From Eledone cirrhosa (taxonomy: Eukaryota): a DNA stretch of 64,000 nucleotides. Below the pieces are notes generated by a model, which did no database searches, was not told the origin of the DNA, and worked only from the letters and a program-made list of their open reading frames with translations. The translations under genes were made by a program, and so were the position numbers. This document shows, piece by piece, positions 13,031 through 26,331 of the stretch. Position 1 is the stretch's first letter. Each line of letters opens with the position of its first letter. The DNA is taken from contig OZ024750.1 in NCBI GenBank assembly GCA_964016885.1, forward strand, positions 3,224,001 through 3,288,000, in the 5' to 3' direction.

Positions 13031-14218
13031 CGAGGAAGTGCTGAACAGTTCCTAGCTTTGGGGAAAATACAGTGTATGTTAGTTAAAGTCTATTCTAAGC
13101 TGAAGGTCCATCAGGCCAGTTTGCTTGGTGTTAAGTGACTGAGAATAAAAGATTCTCTTTGGATAGGATGCCCGTCTATCACAGGATTAACTCCCCAGTG
13201 ACAGCTGGTACTCTCAACTGAGTGTACTAGGGTCATGTGAAATAAAGTATTTTGTTTCAAGAACACAACACAGCAGCCTGGCCAGGAATTGGACTGACTA
13301 CATTATGATCCTACATCAAACATTCTAACCACTAGGCCTGCACCTTCACACTGTCTGTATGTGATGAGTGATATATTCAGTGATTCTGGTGATGGTGTAG
13401 GTATGTGTGACATACATAGGATCCCAGATTTGAATTGTATTTTGAAGTCTGGCTCTTAAAATCCTGTGTAGATTTTGCAGATTTTGATGTAATGTGTGAT
13501 GTAACTGTTGGCAGTGTTGTCTATCTTTGTACACATTACTTTAATTAAAGAAGTATATGTTGACAGTGTCAAATGTACACTCGTTATCATGAGTGTACAT
13601 TTGAGAAGAGGTTTCATTTCATTGAAACTTTATAAGACTTGTGTTTACGTTACACATCGTGGTTTTGGTGTCAGATGGTCCTCAAAGAAAAAAACAACCT
13701 ATTTCCATTAAATGTGCTCCAGAAATGTTTTTTCTCCAGTTCAACCTGATCATCTCATATTGTGTGTCATACTGTTGTTGTCTTAGACATATATTGTAGC
13801 CTAACAGTGTACACAACACCTCTTAATTTGCTTTCTTGCTGATCTTGTCCATACAGTGCTTTTAACTTATATTGAATTAAGTTAAAGTTCATAAACTGAA
13901 AAGACCATTGGCTGACTAAGAAGGAGTGATGCTAGAGCTGTGAAATCTTGCATGCATTAATTTCAATTCTTCTTATTAATAACTGCATTGTTTCCTTCTG
14001 AGGTCTATGTTGAAAAATAAACCTCATTTGGTTATTCCATGAGAGTATCTTGGTCAGCCTATGAACTTTTCAGCTGACCCTTGGCGGCCACTGATCTCAC
14101 AGGCTGGCCAATGATCTATATCACACTTATGTATGATCTCATAGTGTGTGTATGTATGTGTATGTATGTGTTCATGAAAACACACACATACACTAAATTT
14201 GTGACAAGCATTCACTTA

Positions 14219-14353
14219 TACAGAGTGGCTCAAAAGTCGCAATACATAGAACATTTTTAAGTTTCCATATTTATTTATTTTGAATAAATTGTTTCTTATA
14301 AACATAATTTTTTTTTTTTTTTTCATGTATCGCAACTTTTGGGCCACCCTCTA
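14219..14353. mobile_element. Tc1/mariner-type MITE
   Basis: TA-CAGAGTGGCTCAAAAGTCGC...GCAACTTTTGGGCCACCCTC-TA; ~37 nt from the exon 6b donor. Confidence 0.75.
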
Positions 14354-14389
14354 TTAACTAAAAAACTAAAATAAGTATTTTTCACTTAC

Positions 14390-14470
14390 CGGTGTTTATG
14401 TATTAAAGCATTAAATGCTAAACCATCCTTCCAACTCGTAGTAAAGTTTCTCAAATCAACTTTATGATAA
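14390..14470 (-). CDS. DMD: Dystrophin exon 6b (CH2)
   Basis: tttttacag|T TAT...CAC CG|gtaagt; 81 nt, phase 2-2; [26 protein letters not shown](R). Confidence 0.97.
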
Positions 14471-16227
14471 CTGTAAAAAAAAAAAAAATACAAAACAAAT
14501 AGATAACCACAACAAGAATTTTAGTAATGTCACCTGACAAAATATCCTTGACCCTTGCTTCACTTATCACTTTTACCTTCAAATACACATCATCATCATC
14601 GTATACATTTCACTATTGTATATTTCATTTCAAGTTTCCAACACCAGTCTCTAATTTCTAACAAACTATTCACACTAAACTTATAGAAAACATTTATTTT
14701 TTAATAAAAACATCATAACATAGTTATTGCTAAAGTTTTAGACACTGTGGTAAATATTCCATTCCATCACACTGACAGTGAAATGAAAAGTTAAAAAGTA
14801 TATTCTTATTGGTTAATTAATTAAATTTTAATCCTTTTGTTACCTTTATCTAATGAAAGACACTATTTAGGATTTTCAAATCCTTTTGAAAATAATCAAG
14901 AATTTACAATGATTTAGTAAAATAACTTTCTCATTATTTGTTGTCCTGTATTATTAGCAAGAGATTCATAACTCTTTAATGACCATATTTCTAATGAAAT
15001 ACACTCGATTTCAATTAGTTAATGAAGAATTTTGAAGGATTTACTAAAATTATCAATTATTACATTACTAAGATTGTAACTTAATCTAAGGTTCTTATAT
15101 AAAATTATGTTAGATTTTAATTTAAATTGGAAGCTTTTAAAATGGGTGGTTTTATTTCATAGAATCAGAGCAGGCTTTAGTCATGTTGACAACAAAAGGG
15201 TTAAAAAAAAAGACAAAACAGTACTACGACTGCATCACATTAAAAATTCAAAGCTTTACTTTAATATTGCTCATTTTTACAATAATCTTCTGTCTACTAG
15301 TAAAGATACTATAAACATTTGAATTAACAAAGCTGTTTTAAATATTTTCTGCTAAATCGTTACAGGGTTCTTACATAAAATTATGATGGAAAGTTTTTAC
15401 CTAAAAACTTTCCATCATAATATATAATTAATTAATGCAGAATTTTGAAGGATTTACTCAAATGGTTAATTATTTCATTCCTAATATAACTTAACATATA
15501 GTTCTTGTATAATATCATGTTGGAAGATATAAATGTATCTAGGAATTGTTTGAAATGGATGGTTTTCTTTCATAAACCCAGGACCAGTTTTGGCCAGCTT
15601 GGCATCAAATGGGTTAAGTCTGCAGAACCAAAGCAGAATAAGGTAATCCAACAACACCTATCATGACTTTAACAACTAAAACAACCATAATGTAGTTGAA
15701 TTGCTAGCAATAGAAAAGATATGCTAATGCTACATAATTCCTGATTCCTGCAACTGTTGAAATTAGTTCAATTATTCAACCCAAACCTACAATTAGTTGG
15801 GGTTTTTTATAAATCTTATTCTACTAAATTTTACTGAATAGATATTATATTCTTTCATAGGTGAAACAAAAAACCATAAAATGTTTCCAGTCTGAAACAC
15901 AAAACCAAGTTTTGTTAGAAAGTTTCAGTTTCTCCTACTGTCCTTCAGATGATCAACACTTTTACATGTGTGTACACACGTACACACATATCTTTGAAAT
16001 ATAATCTTTAAAGGCAAGGAAGAAAGAGAGATTTCATTTCAATATTTCCTCTGAACTGTCAACTAGCAATGTACCATATAATGAGACAGATACACTTAAT
16101 CAGAGATGGCATGTGATATTACCAGAGATACAGTGTTTTACTTTAAACAAAGAACTGATGGCTATACAGACAGATCCAGTCATTTAAACATATCAAGGTC
16201 ATATGCTCTCATATGCTTTATACGTAC

Positions 16228-16319
16228 TCTTTGGTCACTTTTTTACACCATTGTAATAACATTTGTTCCAAGTTTGATTGTTGCAGATCTCCCATGGCAT
16301 CTTTCATTACATCTTTGAC
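16228..16319 (-). CDS. DMD: Dystrophin exon 6a (CH1-CH2 linker and CH2 start)
   Basis: ttttgtag|GTC...AAAGA|gtacgt; 92 nt, phase 0-2; VKDVMKDAMGDLQQSNLEQMLLQWCKKVTK(D). Confidence 0.95.
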
Positions 16320-16761
16320 CTACAAAATTAAAGACAGTTTACCATCAGAAGATTTCAACATCTGTACACTATAGTATTACAACAAAAACTATCAATTACA
16401 TTTACAGTATACTTCATGACATATTTTCACATACTCTCTCTTAGCAATACTTCACTAAAAGGTAGACTTTTTACATATATGTATCTATTTTTCTCACAAA
16501 CCTATAGTGATGGAAACTTCTGTTCTCATGTCCCCAAACCATCTCCTTACACACTGCTATTGGGACAGAGTTGTCTACTCGCAGGAGTGAACCCTACAGG
16601 TTGGAATTGCTATTTCAAAGCATCTCCCTAGCTATCCTCTGGTGTAACACTTTGTCTATTCTATCAGCTGGCATACACCTGGAGTTCAAGATATCAGAGA
16701 GTCTTCTTCCACATTGTCAAGGCATATATCATTGTAGTCGTGATGGTAGTAGTCTGTGTAT

Positions 16762-16983
16762 TTAACCCTTTACCATTTATATTACTCTATATATACTATT
16801 GTTTTTGTTTTTTTGTAGTAAAGGCTTTACCTCACATAATATCGAATCTACACGATTTTGATGTTATTTATTTTGAGAACAATACCTTAACATCAGTATG
16901 AGTGACCAGTTACAGCCAGTTTGAACAGAAAGAGGTGAGAGAATTCTGGCCGGATACAGCTGGTTTAAATGCTAAAGGGCTAA
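16762..16983 (-). mobile_element. piggyBac-type MITE family A (reverse orientation)
   Basis: ttaaCCCTTTACCATTTA...TAAATGCTAAAGGG; interior matches other copies. Confidence 0.85.
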
Positions 16984-17416
16984 AGATGTATACACACACA
17001 CACACAAACTAATTCTTGCATCTGTTTTAATTGCTGATCTTGTTCCAAAAATAGAAACAATTATTATTACTAATTTATTTTGCAAAATGTTTTTATAATC
17101 TTTGAAGTTTTATTAACTAGGTCAAAATATTTACGGATATCCTTATTTTGACATGGAAAGCAAAGTAAAATTCAATAATAATAATAAAATAATTAATAAT
17201 ATCCCATGTGTAAGAAATACAAAATATTAACAGTTAGGTAGCAGCATTCAATTATATGGTCCTTCATCATCCACTGTTTAATGTCCATTTTCCCACACTA
17301 GTATGGGTTAGACAAGTTGCTCCATTGTGAGACAAGCCAGGTCCGAAGACCATCTCTTGCTCATACAGAACTGGTCATGGCTTGATTTTTATGCCTGGAT
17401 GCTCTTCCTAAAGCCA

Positions 17417-17675
17417 ACCTACACAATCACTTTACAGTGTGGGCTGGGAGCTTTTTGTCTTGTCACCTACACAATCACTTTACAGTGTGGGCTGGGAGCT
17501 TTTTGTCTTGTCACCTACACAACCACTTTACAGTGTGGGCTGGGAGCTTTTTGTCTTGTCAACTACACAACCACTTTACAGCGTGGGCTGGGAGCTTTTT
17601 GTCTTGTCACCTACACAACCACTTTACAGCGTGGGCTGGGGGCTTTTTGTCTTGTCACCTACACAACCACTTTAC
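17417..17675. repeat. 48-bp tandem repeat x5+ inside a SINE family 3 copy
   Basis: acctacacaaccactttacagtgtgggctgggagctttttgtcttgtc. Confidence 0.95.
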
Positions 17676-19464
17676 TAAATATGATCTAGACATAAGATGG
17701 CTAAAAGAACAAATCTGTATATTTATTTATTAAATATAATCAGTCTCTCTTTCTCTTTTATAGGAAATAATCTAGATATGCAAGATATTGGTTTCTGATT
17801 TAGGCACAAGGCCAACAATTTGGGGGAGGGGAAAGTCAATTAAATTGACCCCATTTGTCAGGTTAGTTTTAAAAATAGTTTTCAAATATATTTCCACTAA
17901 AAGAATGTTACAGCCTAGAAGATAGTGTTTTAATTATCATTTCAGTACAGTTTCAAATGTCAAGAGGAATATAAAAATACACTTTATGAAGATAGTTAAT
18001 TTCTTTCCTGTTATCATAAATGTCAGGAAATCTAGGTGCAGAAAGCTTTATAACTTTATTATCTATCTGCTTACAATTATAGTAGATATTTACAAAAATT
18101 AGCCAAACTATTTGTCTTATTGTGAGTATCTTGCCACGCTTTCAGGCCAATTTAGTAATGGGGGAAAGAACTGGTTAATTAAAGCGCCAGCAGGCTTTTC
18201 TTGTAACTGTTCCTGTTCTTTGTTGCTTCCTATTAACTGGATTATATAAGTAAAAGCTAACACTTTCAAATCTAACATTTGAAACAAAAGATAATTGACA
18301 GTATTGTATTTGATTAACAGTTCTTCTTTACACCAGCATGACAAATTACTTTGAGAATGTCAATAAATTTAACTTCAATGTCACACTTTCAGATAAGTTT
18401 ACACACTTGACACCTTTTAGATGTGATTTAGATATATTTTAACTGCACACTTTATAATGCATGATAACCTACATTTTTTTTTTAGTCTGTGTCTGTTTTT
18501 GGTGAACAATATGTTGTGGGAAAAACAAAGAGTAGCTGATATACAGGAAAAATAAACAAAAGTCCTAACACAAATCCTGACAATGGTGGTGCCCCAGCAT
18601 GGTCTCAAGCCACCAGCTGGTACACGTAATAGATAATAGATACTGAAAGACTTCAAACATAAAGAAATATATTGAGAGAGAAGCTCTTTCTCTCTCTTGT
18701 TAATTTACAGTACTTCTCTTAAACACATGTAGCTTGTCATCACTCAAACACCAGCGTTGCCAACCTCGGGTACATTTATCCCCAAAGGGTAAATTTCCCC
18801 AAAACTCAGAGAGTAAATTTAATGATTCTAGGCTTATACATATATATTTTCTTTTCTTCAATTTTAATTGAAACCATTCCAAAGTTGAGAAAAACATTTG
18901 AAGTTTATTTTTTTAATTAAAATTATTCTTTGTTTTCTACCATTCTGGATTTATTAATTTCTATGTCTCATTGACTGATGTATTAAAACTGATATTTCAG
19001 TTAAGTTTGGGTTTGATATAACATTTGACTGTAAATCCTCTTCATAGATGGAATAAGGATGATTGTTTCTGAAGGAAATCTCTTATGATGAGCGGGAATA
19101 TTTATTATAGATGAGAGAAAAAAAGGAAGAAAAAAAAATATTGTCAGATCAGACGAAGGAAACAATGTTTCCATTATTGGTCTTTTCATTGCTGATACTA
19201 TTTATCAGTTGTAACTCTTGGAAGAAGGAGGAGGCTGGATTTGAACTCCAAACACACACAGCTGGGTCAAATTACTGCAAAGTCTCCCATCCAACTTTTT
19301 TTTACTTGAAACATTTCCACCAATCCACTATTCCTGAATTGTTTTGTCATCAACCCTTCCAAAAAGTTGACCTCAACAGTATTTAGACCCAAAATGTAAT
19401 GAGCCAGATCAAATAGCAACAAGACTGCCAATTCACTGACCCCTTTTCTTATTAAATTTATTAT

Positions 19465-19678
19465 TTAACCCTTTAACATTTACCATTACTCTATATTTAC
19501 AATTGTATTTTCATGGTAAAAACTTTATCTCACATAATATTGAATCTACGAGATTTTGATATTTATTTTGAGAACAATACCTTAATGTCAGAATGAGCAG
19601 CCGGCTATGACCGGTTTTAACAGAACGAGGTGAGAGAATTCTGGCTGGACACAGCTGGTTTAAATGCTAAAGGGTTAT
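19465..19678 (-). mobile_element. piggyBac-type MITE family A (reverse orientation)
   Basis: Same TIRs and interior; ends ~54 nt from the exon 5 donor. Confidence 0.85.
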
Positions 19679-19731
19679 AAGAATGAAATCAGTCATAAAT
19701 CTACAAGAGGACATCATATGAGAAATCTTAC

Positions 19732-19824
19732 CTGCCAATGAACGATGATACTCCATACAAGACCTAGTATCAATTTACAGTTGCCATCCACAATATCATT
19801 ACTACTTATATTTACAAGTTTTAT
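19732..19824 (-). CDS. DMD: Dystrophin exon 5 equivalent (CH1 end, ABS2)
   Basis: atttccag|ATA...CAG|gtaaga; 93 nt, phase 0-0; [31 protein letters not shown]. Confidence 0.97.
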
Positions 19825-21119
19825 CTGGAAATAATAAACAATATTTAGTTATAGTCTCTTGTTAGGAATATGTTAGTATTAGGAGGAGGTGGAGGAGGAG
19901 GAGAAAAACAATGAAAATTAAAAAACAAAAACAAAAAACGGCCAAAAACAAGATGAAGATAAACTAAAAAGAAAGCCAATCCATATGTTAGAGAGAGAGA
20001 GAGAAAGTTAGAGAGAGTGAGAAAGAAAGAGAGAGAGAGAGTTAGAGTTAGAGAGAGAGAGAGAGAGAGAGAGATACTGATACGAAGGAGGAAATATTTT
20101 GAAAATATTTGACCTGAATATGAGAAAAACTGAAGGTGAAAAAAGCCTTTGACAGAAGCCATTCCTCTTTGATAACTGCTGAAATGTTTTCTTTATTTCC
20201 AACATCTGGACAATACTGAATGGTCAAACCAACATCTGGACAATACTGACTGGTCAAACCAGTTCAGCCACCAATATATAACTACTTCAGACGTTGTCTA
20301 GTTTAGTTTTTGTGTTGTTTTGTGTTGTTTTTCCTTCTGTACAATAATTCAGTTATATATCACAATTTTTTTTTTCCAACTTTCATTCTTGCTTCATCAT
20401 CATCATCATCATCATCGTTGTCATTGTTTACTGTTCATGTTTCCACGCTAGCATGGGTTATACGAGTTGTCCTGCTGTGAGACAAGTCAGGTCAGGTGAC
20501 CATGTCTTGCTCATTCAGAACTGTTTCTGGCCTGGTTTCTATGACTAGATACCTTTCCTAATGCCAACCACATTTATAGTATAGGCTGGGAGCTTTTACT
20601 TTTTACCCCCTGGACAGGACACCAGTCCATAACAGGGTTAAACTCCCCCCCCCCCCTACTGCTGGTATTTATTTTTTCAACTGAATATACTAGAGCAACA
20701 TGGAATGAAGTGTTTTGCTCAAGATCACAACACAATTCAGTCCAAGAATCAAACCCACGACATCAAGATTGTAAGCCCAACACCCTTACCACTAGGCCAC
20801 ATGCCTCCATAGTTTATAACAACAAGACAAAAATGCTTATCTTTTGCAAGGTGATGATAGATTGATATTTACTGCCTCATAGAAGCCATCATCTCATTAT
20901 CAGCTGTCACATTCCATCTACTGCCTATGGCTAATACATCTCATTGTCATTTCAGGGCTGTGTAGTTAAGGAGAGGTTTGCTTCACAACAAACATGGTTT
21001 CAGATCTGATTCTAATGCATGAAGCTTTGGACAAGTGACTTTTACAATGACCCCAGACTGACCAATTCCTGTTGAGTGAATTTAGTAGACAGAAACTGTA
21101 TAGAAGCCTGTCACATTTT

Positions 21120-21275
21120 ACAAATGGTTGAATAACATCCACAAGTTTGGCTAGTCACGCTTGGAGATCCATCCGGATCAGTTGGAGGTGATTGCTTCAA
21201 ACAGGACCCGCTGGAAGGAGTGTTTGAAGACTCTGCCACCACGACCCTCTCAGGAATAAGTGGGTGAAGAAGAAG
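21120..21275 (+). mobile_element. Expander/Rex3-like RTE LINE 3' remnant; second copy on the minus strand at ~36400-36560
   Basis: ...DQLEVIASNRTRWKECLKTLPPRPSQE* followed by (GAA)n; LPPRP C-terminus. Confidence 0.6.
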
Positions 21276-21950
21276 TTTGTTAATTCATATATTTATAGTA
21301 ACTTTACTAATGGACTGATCACTGTGAAAATTTGTTGACTAAACTGAATAAAGACTTTGACTAATGTCTTGGTAATGTGGTTTCAATGTGGTAGAGGACA
21401 TTAAAAGTCAAATTATAATAATTGTGCTCACTTTTGAGTGACATGTTTGCTCACTAAGAATTAGAAATACTGCATTAGTGTTTGTTTATTTTGTGGAAGT
21501 TAGCAGTATCTACTGCATTGCTAATTTCTACAATTAATCAGGAATGCCATTTTACTCTTTCTTTCTGCATCATATTCATTCCAATATTGTTTTGTTTTGC
21601 TTTTTTCTTTGATGCTGACAACCATCAAACTAATCTACAGCATGTGATCCCCCCCCCCCCCATACTTGTTAAATTTAAGCAATCTTATATATGAAGCTTC
21701 CACTGAAATATTTCATGGGCAACCTTTACCACATATTCCACTGCCAAATCACAGCAGGTTTCACCTTGCATCTCTTATGCCTGTAATGCCAAGTAATTTT
21801 CTCATCTAATGTGTGCACTAAACAAATTAACTTTATATACACAATAAATTATACACTTCTTGCCAAAATCAGTTTTTATCATTTACTGCCATGTTTCATA
21901 CATTTCAAAACCACTGGTTGTCATTATTATTGAGCACAAAAATAAATAGC

Positions 21951-22215
21951 AGAGGTCTGTGGCCTAGTGGTAAGGGTGTTGGACTATGTGGAGGTCTGTG
22001 GCCTAGTGGTAAGGGTGTTGGACATACGATCATAATGTTGTGGGTTCAATATCTGGACTGGTTAGTGTGTTGTGTTCTTGAGCAAAACACTTCATTTCAC
22101 ATTGCTCCAGTATACTCAGCTGAAAATGAGTACCAGCAATATCTGGGGATTTAACCCTGTGATGGACTGGCATCCTGTCCTGGAGTAGTCTTGTACTCTC
22201 AGTCACTTCACACCA
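21951..22215 (+). mobile_element. tRNA-derived SINE family 2 (CORE-like centre); copies at ~13130-13340 (-), ~20605-20808 (-), ~41000-41085 (+)
   Basis: A box TGGCCTAGTGG (head duplicated), B box GGGTTCAATATC, tgtgttcttgagcaaaacacttc, aaccctgtgatggactggcatcctgtcc. Confidence 0.75.
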
Positions 22216-22246
22216 CAAAAACTATATTTGAACTCAGAGCAAGATA

Positions 22247-22822
22247 CCACATGGCACAGTGTTCTACATTCTAACATCTCTGCCACATGGCACAGTGTTC
22301 TACATTCTAACATCTCTGCCACATGGCACAGTGTTCTACATTCTAACATCTCTGCCACATGGCACAGTGTTCTACATTCTAACATCTCTGCCACATGGCA
22401 CAGTGTTCTACATTCTAACATCTCTGCCACATGGCACAGTGTTCTACATTCTAACATCTCTGCCACATGGCACAGTGTTCTACATTCTAACATCTCTGCC
22501 ACATGGCACAGTGTTCTACATTCTAACATCTCTTCCACATGGCACAGTGTTCTACATTCTAACATCTCTGCCACATGGCACAGTGTTCTACATTCTAACA
22601 TCTCTGCCACATGGCACAGTGTTCTACATTCTAACATCTCTGCCACATGGCACAGTGTTCTACATTCTAACATCTCTGCCACATGGCACAGTGTTCTACA
22701 TTCTAACATCTCTGCCACATGGCACAGTGTTCTACATTCTAACATCTCTGCCACATGGCACAGTGTTCTACATTCTAACATCTCTGCCACATGGCACAGT
22801 GTTCTACATTCTAACATCTCTA
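22247..22822. repeat. 36-bp minisatellite x16, almost perfect
   Basis: ccacatggcacagtgttctacattctaacatctctg; one internal variant near 22534. Confidence 0.98.
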
Positions 22823-23220
22823 CCAATTCCCATAATCTCAGTATATGAGGGTTGGCAGAAAGTTGATAGGCTGAAAATTAATGCCAGCAAGATTTCACAA
22901 CCCTAGCATCACTCCTTCATAGTCTGACTAAGATACTCTCATGGAATGACCAAATGAGGTTTATTCTTAAACATAGAAAATAAGAAGAGTTGAAATTAAT
23001 GCCAGCAAGATTTCACAGCTCTAGCATGACTCCTCCATAGTCAGCCTATGAACCGTTCCAGCCAATACTTGTAGAGACAAAACAGTCAGACATGGATAAT
23101 GTGAGAAGGGCTGAGAAGGAATATTTGCAAGGTTATGTATCCATATTAATAATTAACATCTAAATAGCAGCAATACCAGTTGTAAGACAATAGGCTTTTT
23201 CATGTAACACTGTCAAAACA

Positions 23221-23730
<510 letters not shown>

Positions 23731-23867
23731 TCACAAAATTCAAGAAAAACTAATGTAAACTTTGAGAAAGCCTTATGTTACAAAAAGACAAAGAAACGGT
23801 AAAAAAGCCCTTTAAAGGGTTTGGTCTCTGTTATCAGAAGAATGTAAAACTAAATAGGTCTACTTAC

Positions 23868-23948
23868 GTTATAATTCTTTTCAAGAATATATAAGGCACG
23901 ATTAACATTATTGATGTGATGAACCCGCAAACAGCCCCTTTCTCTTTT
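23868..23948 (-). CDS. DMD: Dystrophin exon 4 equivalent (CH1)
   Basis: taaacag|AAA...AAC|gtaagt; 81 nt, phase 0-0; KRERGCLRVHHINNVNRALYILEKNYN. Confidence 0.96.
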
Positions 23949-23999
23949 CTGTTTAAATAAAATAAAAGCATTTATGTTAGTTTACTGAAGTTTAAAAAA

Positions 24000-24290
24000 T
24001 CTATATTATGATAAGAGCGCTGTGTGTCTGTCTGTCAGTCCCTCTGTCCATGTCACACTCACTTTATATAGAGAGGAGGTGTGTCAAGTGAGAGGTATGT
24101 ACATAGAGAGAGAATAGGGAACACTATGTGTTTTCAATGTGACAAAAAGAGGTAGATAGATAGTTATGATGTTGCCCTCATCTATATAGAGAGGGGGAGC
24201 ACCAAGCGAGAGATATGTACATAGATAGAGAGAGGAAAGGAACGTCATTTGTTGAGAGAGAGAGAGAGAGAAGTAGTTGCCCTCATCTAG
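24000..24290 (+). mobile_element. Possible short non-autonomous Helitron
   Basis: A|TCTATATTATGATAAGAGCG...(tgtc)n...CTAG|T; no clear 3' hairpin. Confidence 0.5.
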
Positions 24291-24789
24291 TATATACAAA
24301 AAAGGTAGATTTAAGTTTGTTTATGTTAGTTTGTTTAACAAAGAAATAAATCTCAAGTCTAGAAAATCCTGGTCGGATCAAATTCAAGAATTAAAATTTA
24401 AGAAACAACCCTGAACCACAAGTTTTGTGTAGGAGTGTTACATTCTCAAGAAAGCTAAATAGTCTGTTTACTGTTGAGAGACTTCATTGCATTAAGAAAT
24501 AGCCAGAAAATTGGGTTAGAATAATTTCACAGAAAAATGTGATTTATCAAAGAAATTCATGTTTCGTGTTAACTTATTTAGTTTTAGTTCCTTAAATCTT
24601 CCATTACCATATTTTCTAATGAAATATTCTGCCTATGTGTTTCAATTAATTTTGAAAATAACCGAACATTTGGAGGAATTTAATAAAATAACTAAATCTT
24701 TCATCAGTAAGCTGACATTTGTTAGTTAGCTGTGTGGATGTTAGAGTTAAGTTATGTTACAAATGCCAGCTTTTATATACACGAGTGTG

Positions 24790-25010
24790 TCCATGAGAAA
24801 TATACATATACACAAGGTCCGAACAGAAAAATAACCAAACTTCCACTCTGCTTCCATCTCTCTCTTTTATGAGCAAATAGTGGCCCACGTGCTGGCCTCC
24901 TCACATCCCCAGCAGACAGAATGGAGAAGGTGTTCCGCTGGACAATGGTGAGGGAGATGCGCTGGAAGAGCCATTCCTGCTGGCGAGGCTCACACCTGTT
25001 GGCAGCCAAT
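24790..25010 (-). mobile_element. CRE-clade (restriction-like endonuclease) LINE 3' remnant; related copy at 16560-16680 (+)
   Basis: EPRQQEWLFQRISLTIVQRNTFSILSAG and EPYRLELLFQSISLAILWCNTLSILSAG resemble the LxQRISxAIxRGNA C-terminal motif. Confidence 0.55.
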
Positions 25011-25239
25011 TTAACTCTTTAGCATTTAAACCGACCATATCTGGCCAGAATTCTCTCACTTCTATCTGTTCAAACTGACTGTATCTGGCTGCTCATACTG
25101 ATGTTAAGGTATTGTACTCAAAATAAATAACATCAAAATCTCATAGATTCAATATTATGAGATATAAGTGTGTAAAGCAAAGCTTTTACCATGAAAATAT
25201 AATAGTAAATATAGAGTAAAGTAAATACTAAAGGGTTAG
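25011..25239 (+). mobile_element. piggyBac-type MITE family A (forward orientation)
   Basis: ttaaCTCTTTAGCATTTAAACCG...TAAAGGG; nested with a CRE-like fragment inside an older family-B MITE (~24593-25329). Confidence 0.82.
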
Positions 25240-25474
25240 GACATCACTTAGCAAAGATTACGATAGAAAATGTTAATATAAAGATAAACCCATGAGCAGT
25301 TTCAGGTGTTTTGGTATCAAAAGGGTTAACAATTTCTAAAAAAGCTGAGATTTAGTAGAAGGTGTAGGAGAAAGAGGGTGGACAGATTGTTGTTGTTTAA
25401 CCCCAGGTCAGCTCTGATTGAGTAGACCTATGATCAATTAATTACATTCCAGTAGTGAGAAAAGGGAACAGGAG

Positions 25475-25560
<86 letters not shown>

Positions 25561-26331
25561 CATCTACTGCAGTGAAATCTGAGGAAGTATATTAACTGTT
25601 AACCCTTTCCATACTAAATTGTCCTTAACATTCTGTAATGATTTAGCAGACGATATCTAAAATTAAGTCAGTTAATTCAAATGTTTATTGTATCTTTTGT
25701 AACGGCCAGATCATTGTGAACATTTGCAGTTAAAGACATTATTAATGTGATACTAGATTAAAACTTAAGATATATGTTACAGAATAACATCCTACTCTGA
25801 GAATACAGTTGAGTTATCACATGGTTATATATATGGTATTTCAACAATATCATAAAAAGACTGTCATTAAATAGGTTAAATTTAAGTTTTTAAGAAAAAT
25901 ACGACTATTATTTCTTTCTTCTTCAGAAGTAATTTGCTTAGTCAATCTCCTGTAAGGGAGATTAATTTTGTCTTTTTCAAACTAATTATTCCCCTTGCAT
26001 TATTACTGACTTCTATGGTTTTTAACTGAGAGTTCTCTACTTTTTCTTTAAAAGTCTGCATTAGATGATATTTGCAGCTTGTATGAGTGAATATTTTTAC
26101 AACAAAATCATTACACACACACATTCAATATATTGTAGAGTCATGCTGACAATAAAACACACACACATGTATATACACACACACACACACACACAAATGT
26201 ATATATATTATACATATATATACACTCACACATACACACAAATGTATATACACACACACACACACACGAATGTATATATACACACACACAAATGTATATA
26301 CACACACACACTAATATATATAGACACTCAC

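Noticed and set aside
18117-18344. ORF containing SCWCKEE as a candidate CH2 exon
   Set aside because: The true exon was found at 16228-16319; no suitable splice sites here
22203-22906. 207-215 aa ORFs and a CRISPR-like look of the 36-bp repeats
   Set aside because: Head-to-tail repeats with no spacers, no cas genes, in a eukaryotic intron; the ORFs arise from a stop-free unit divisible by 3
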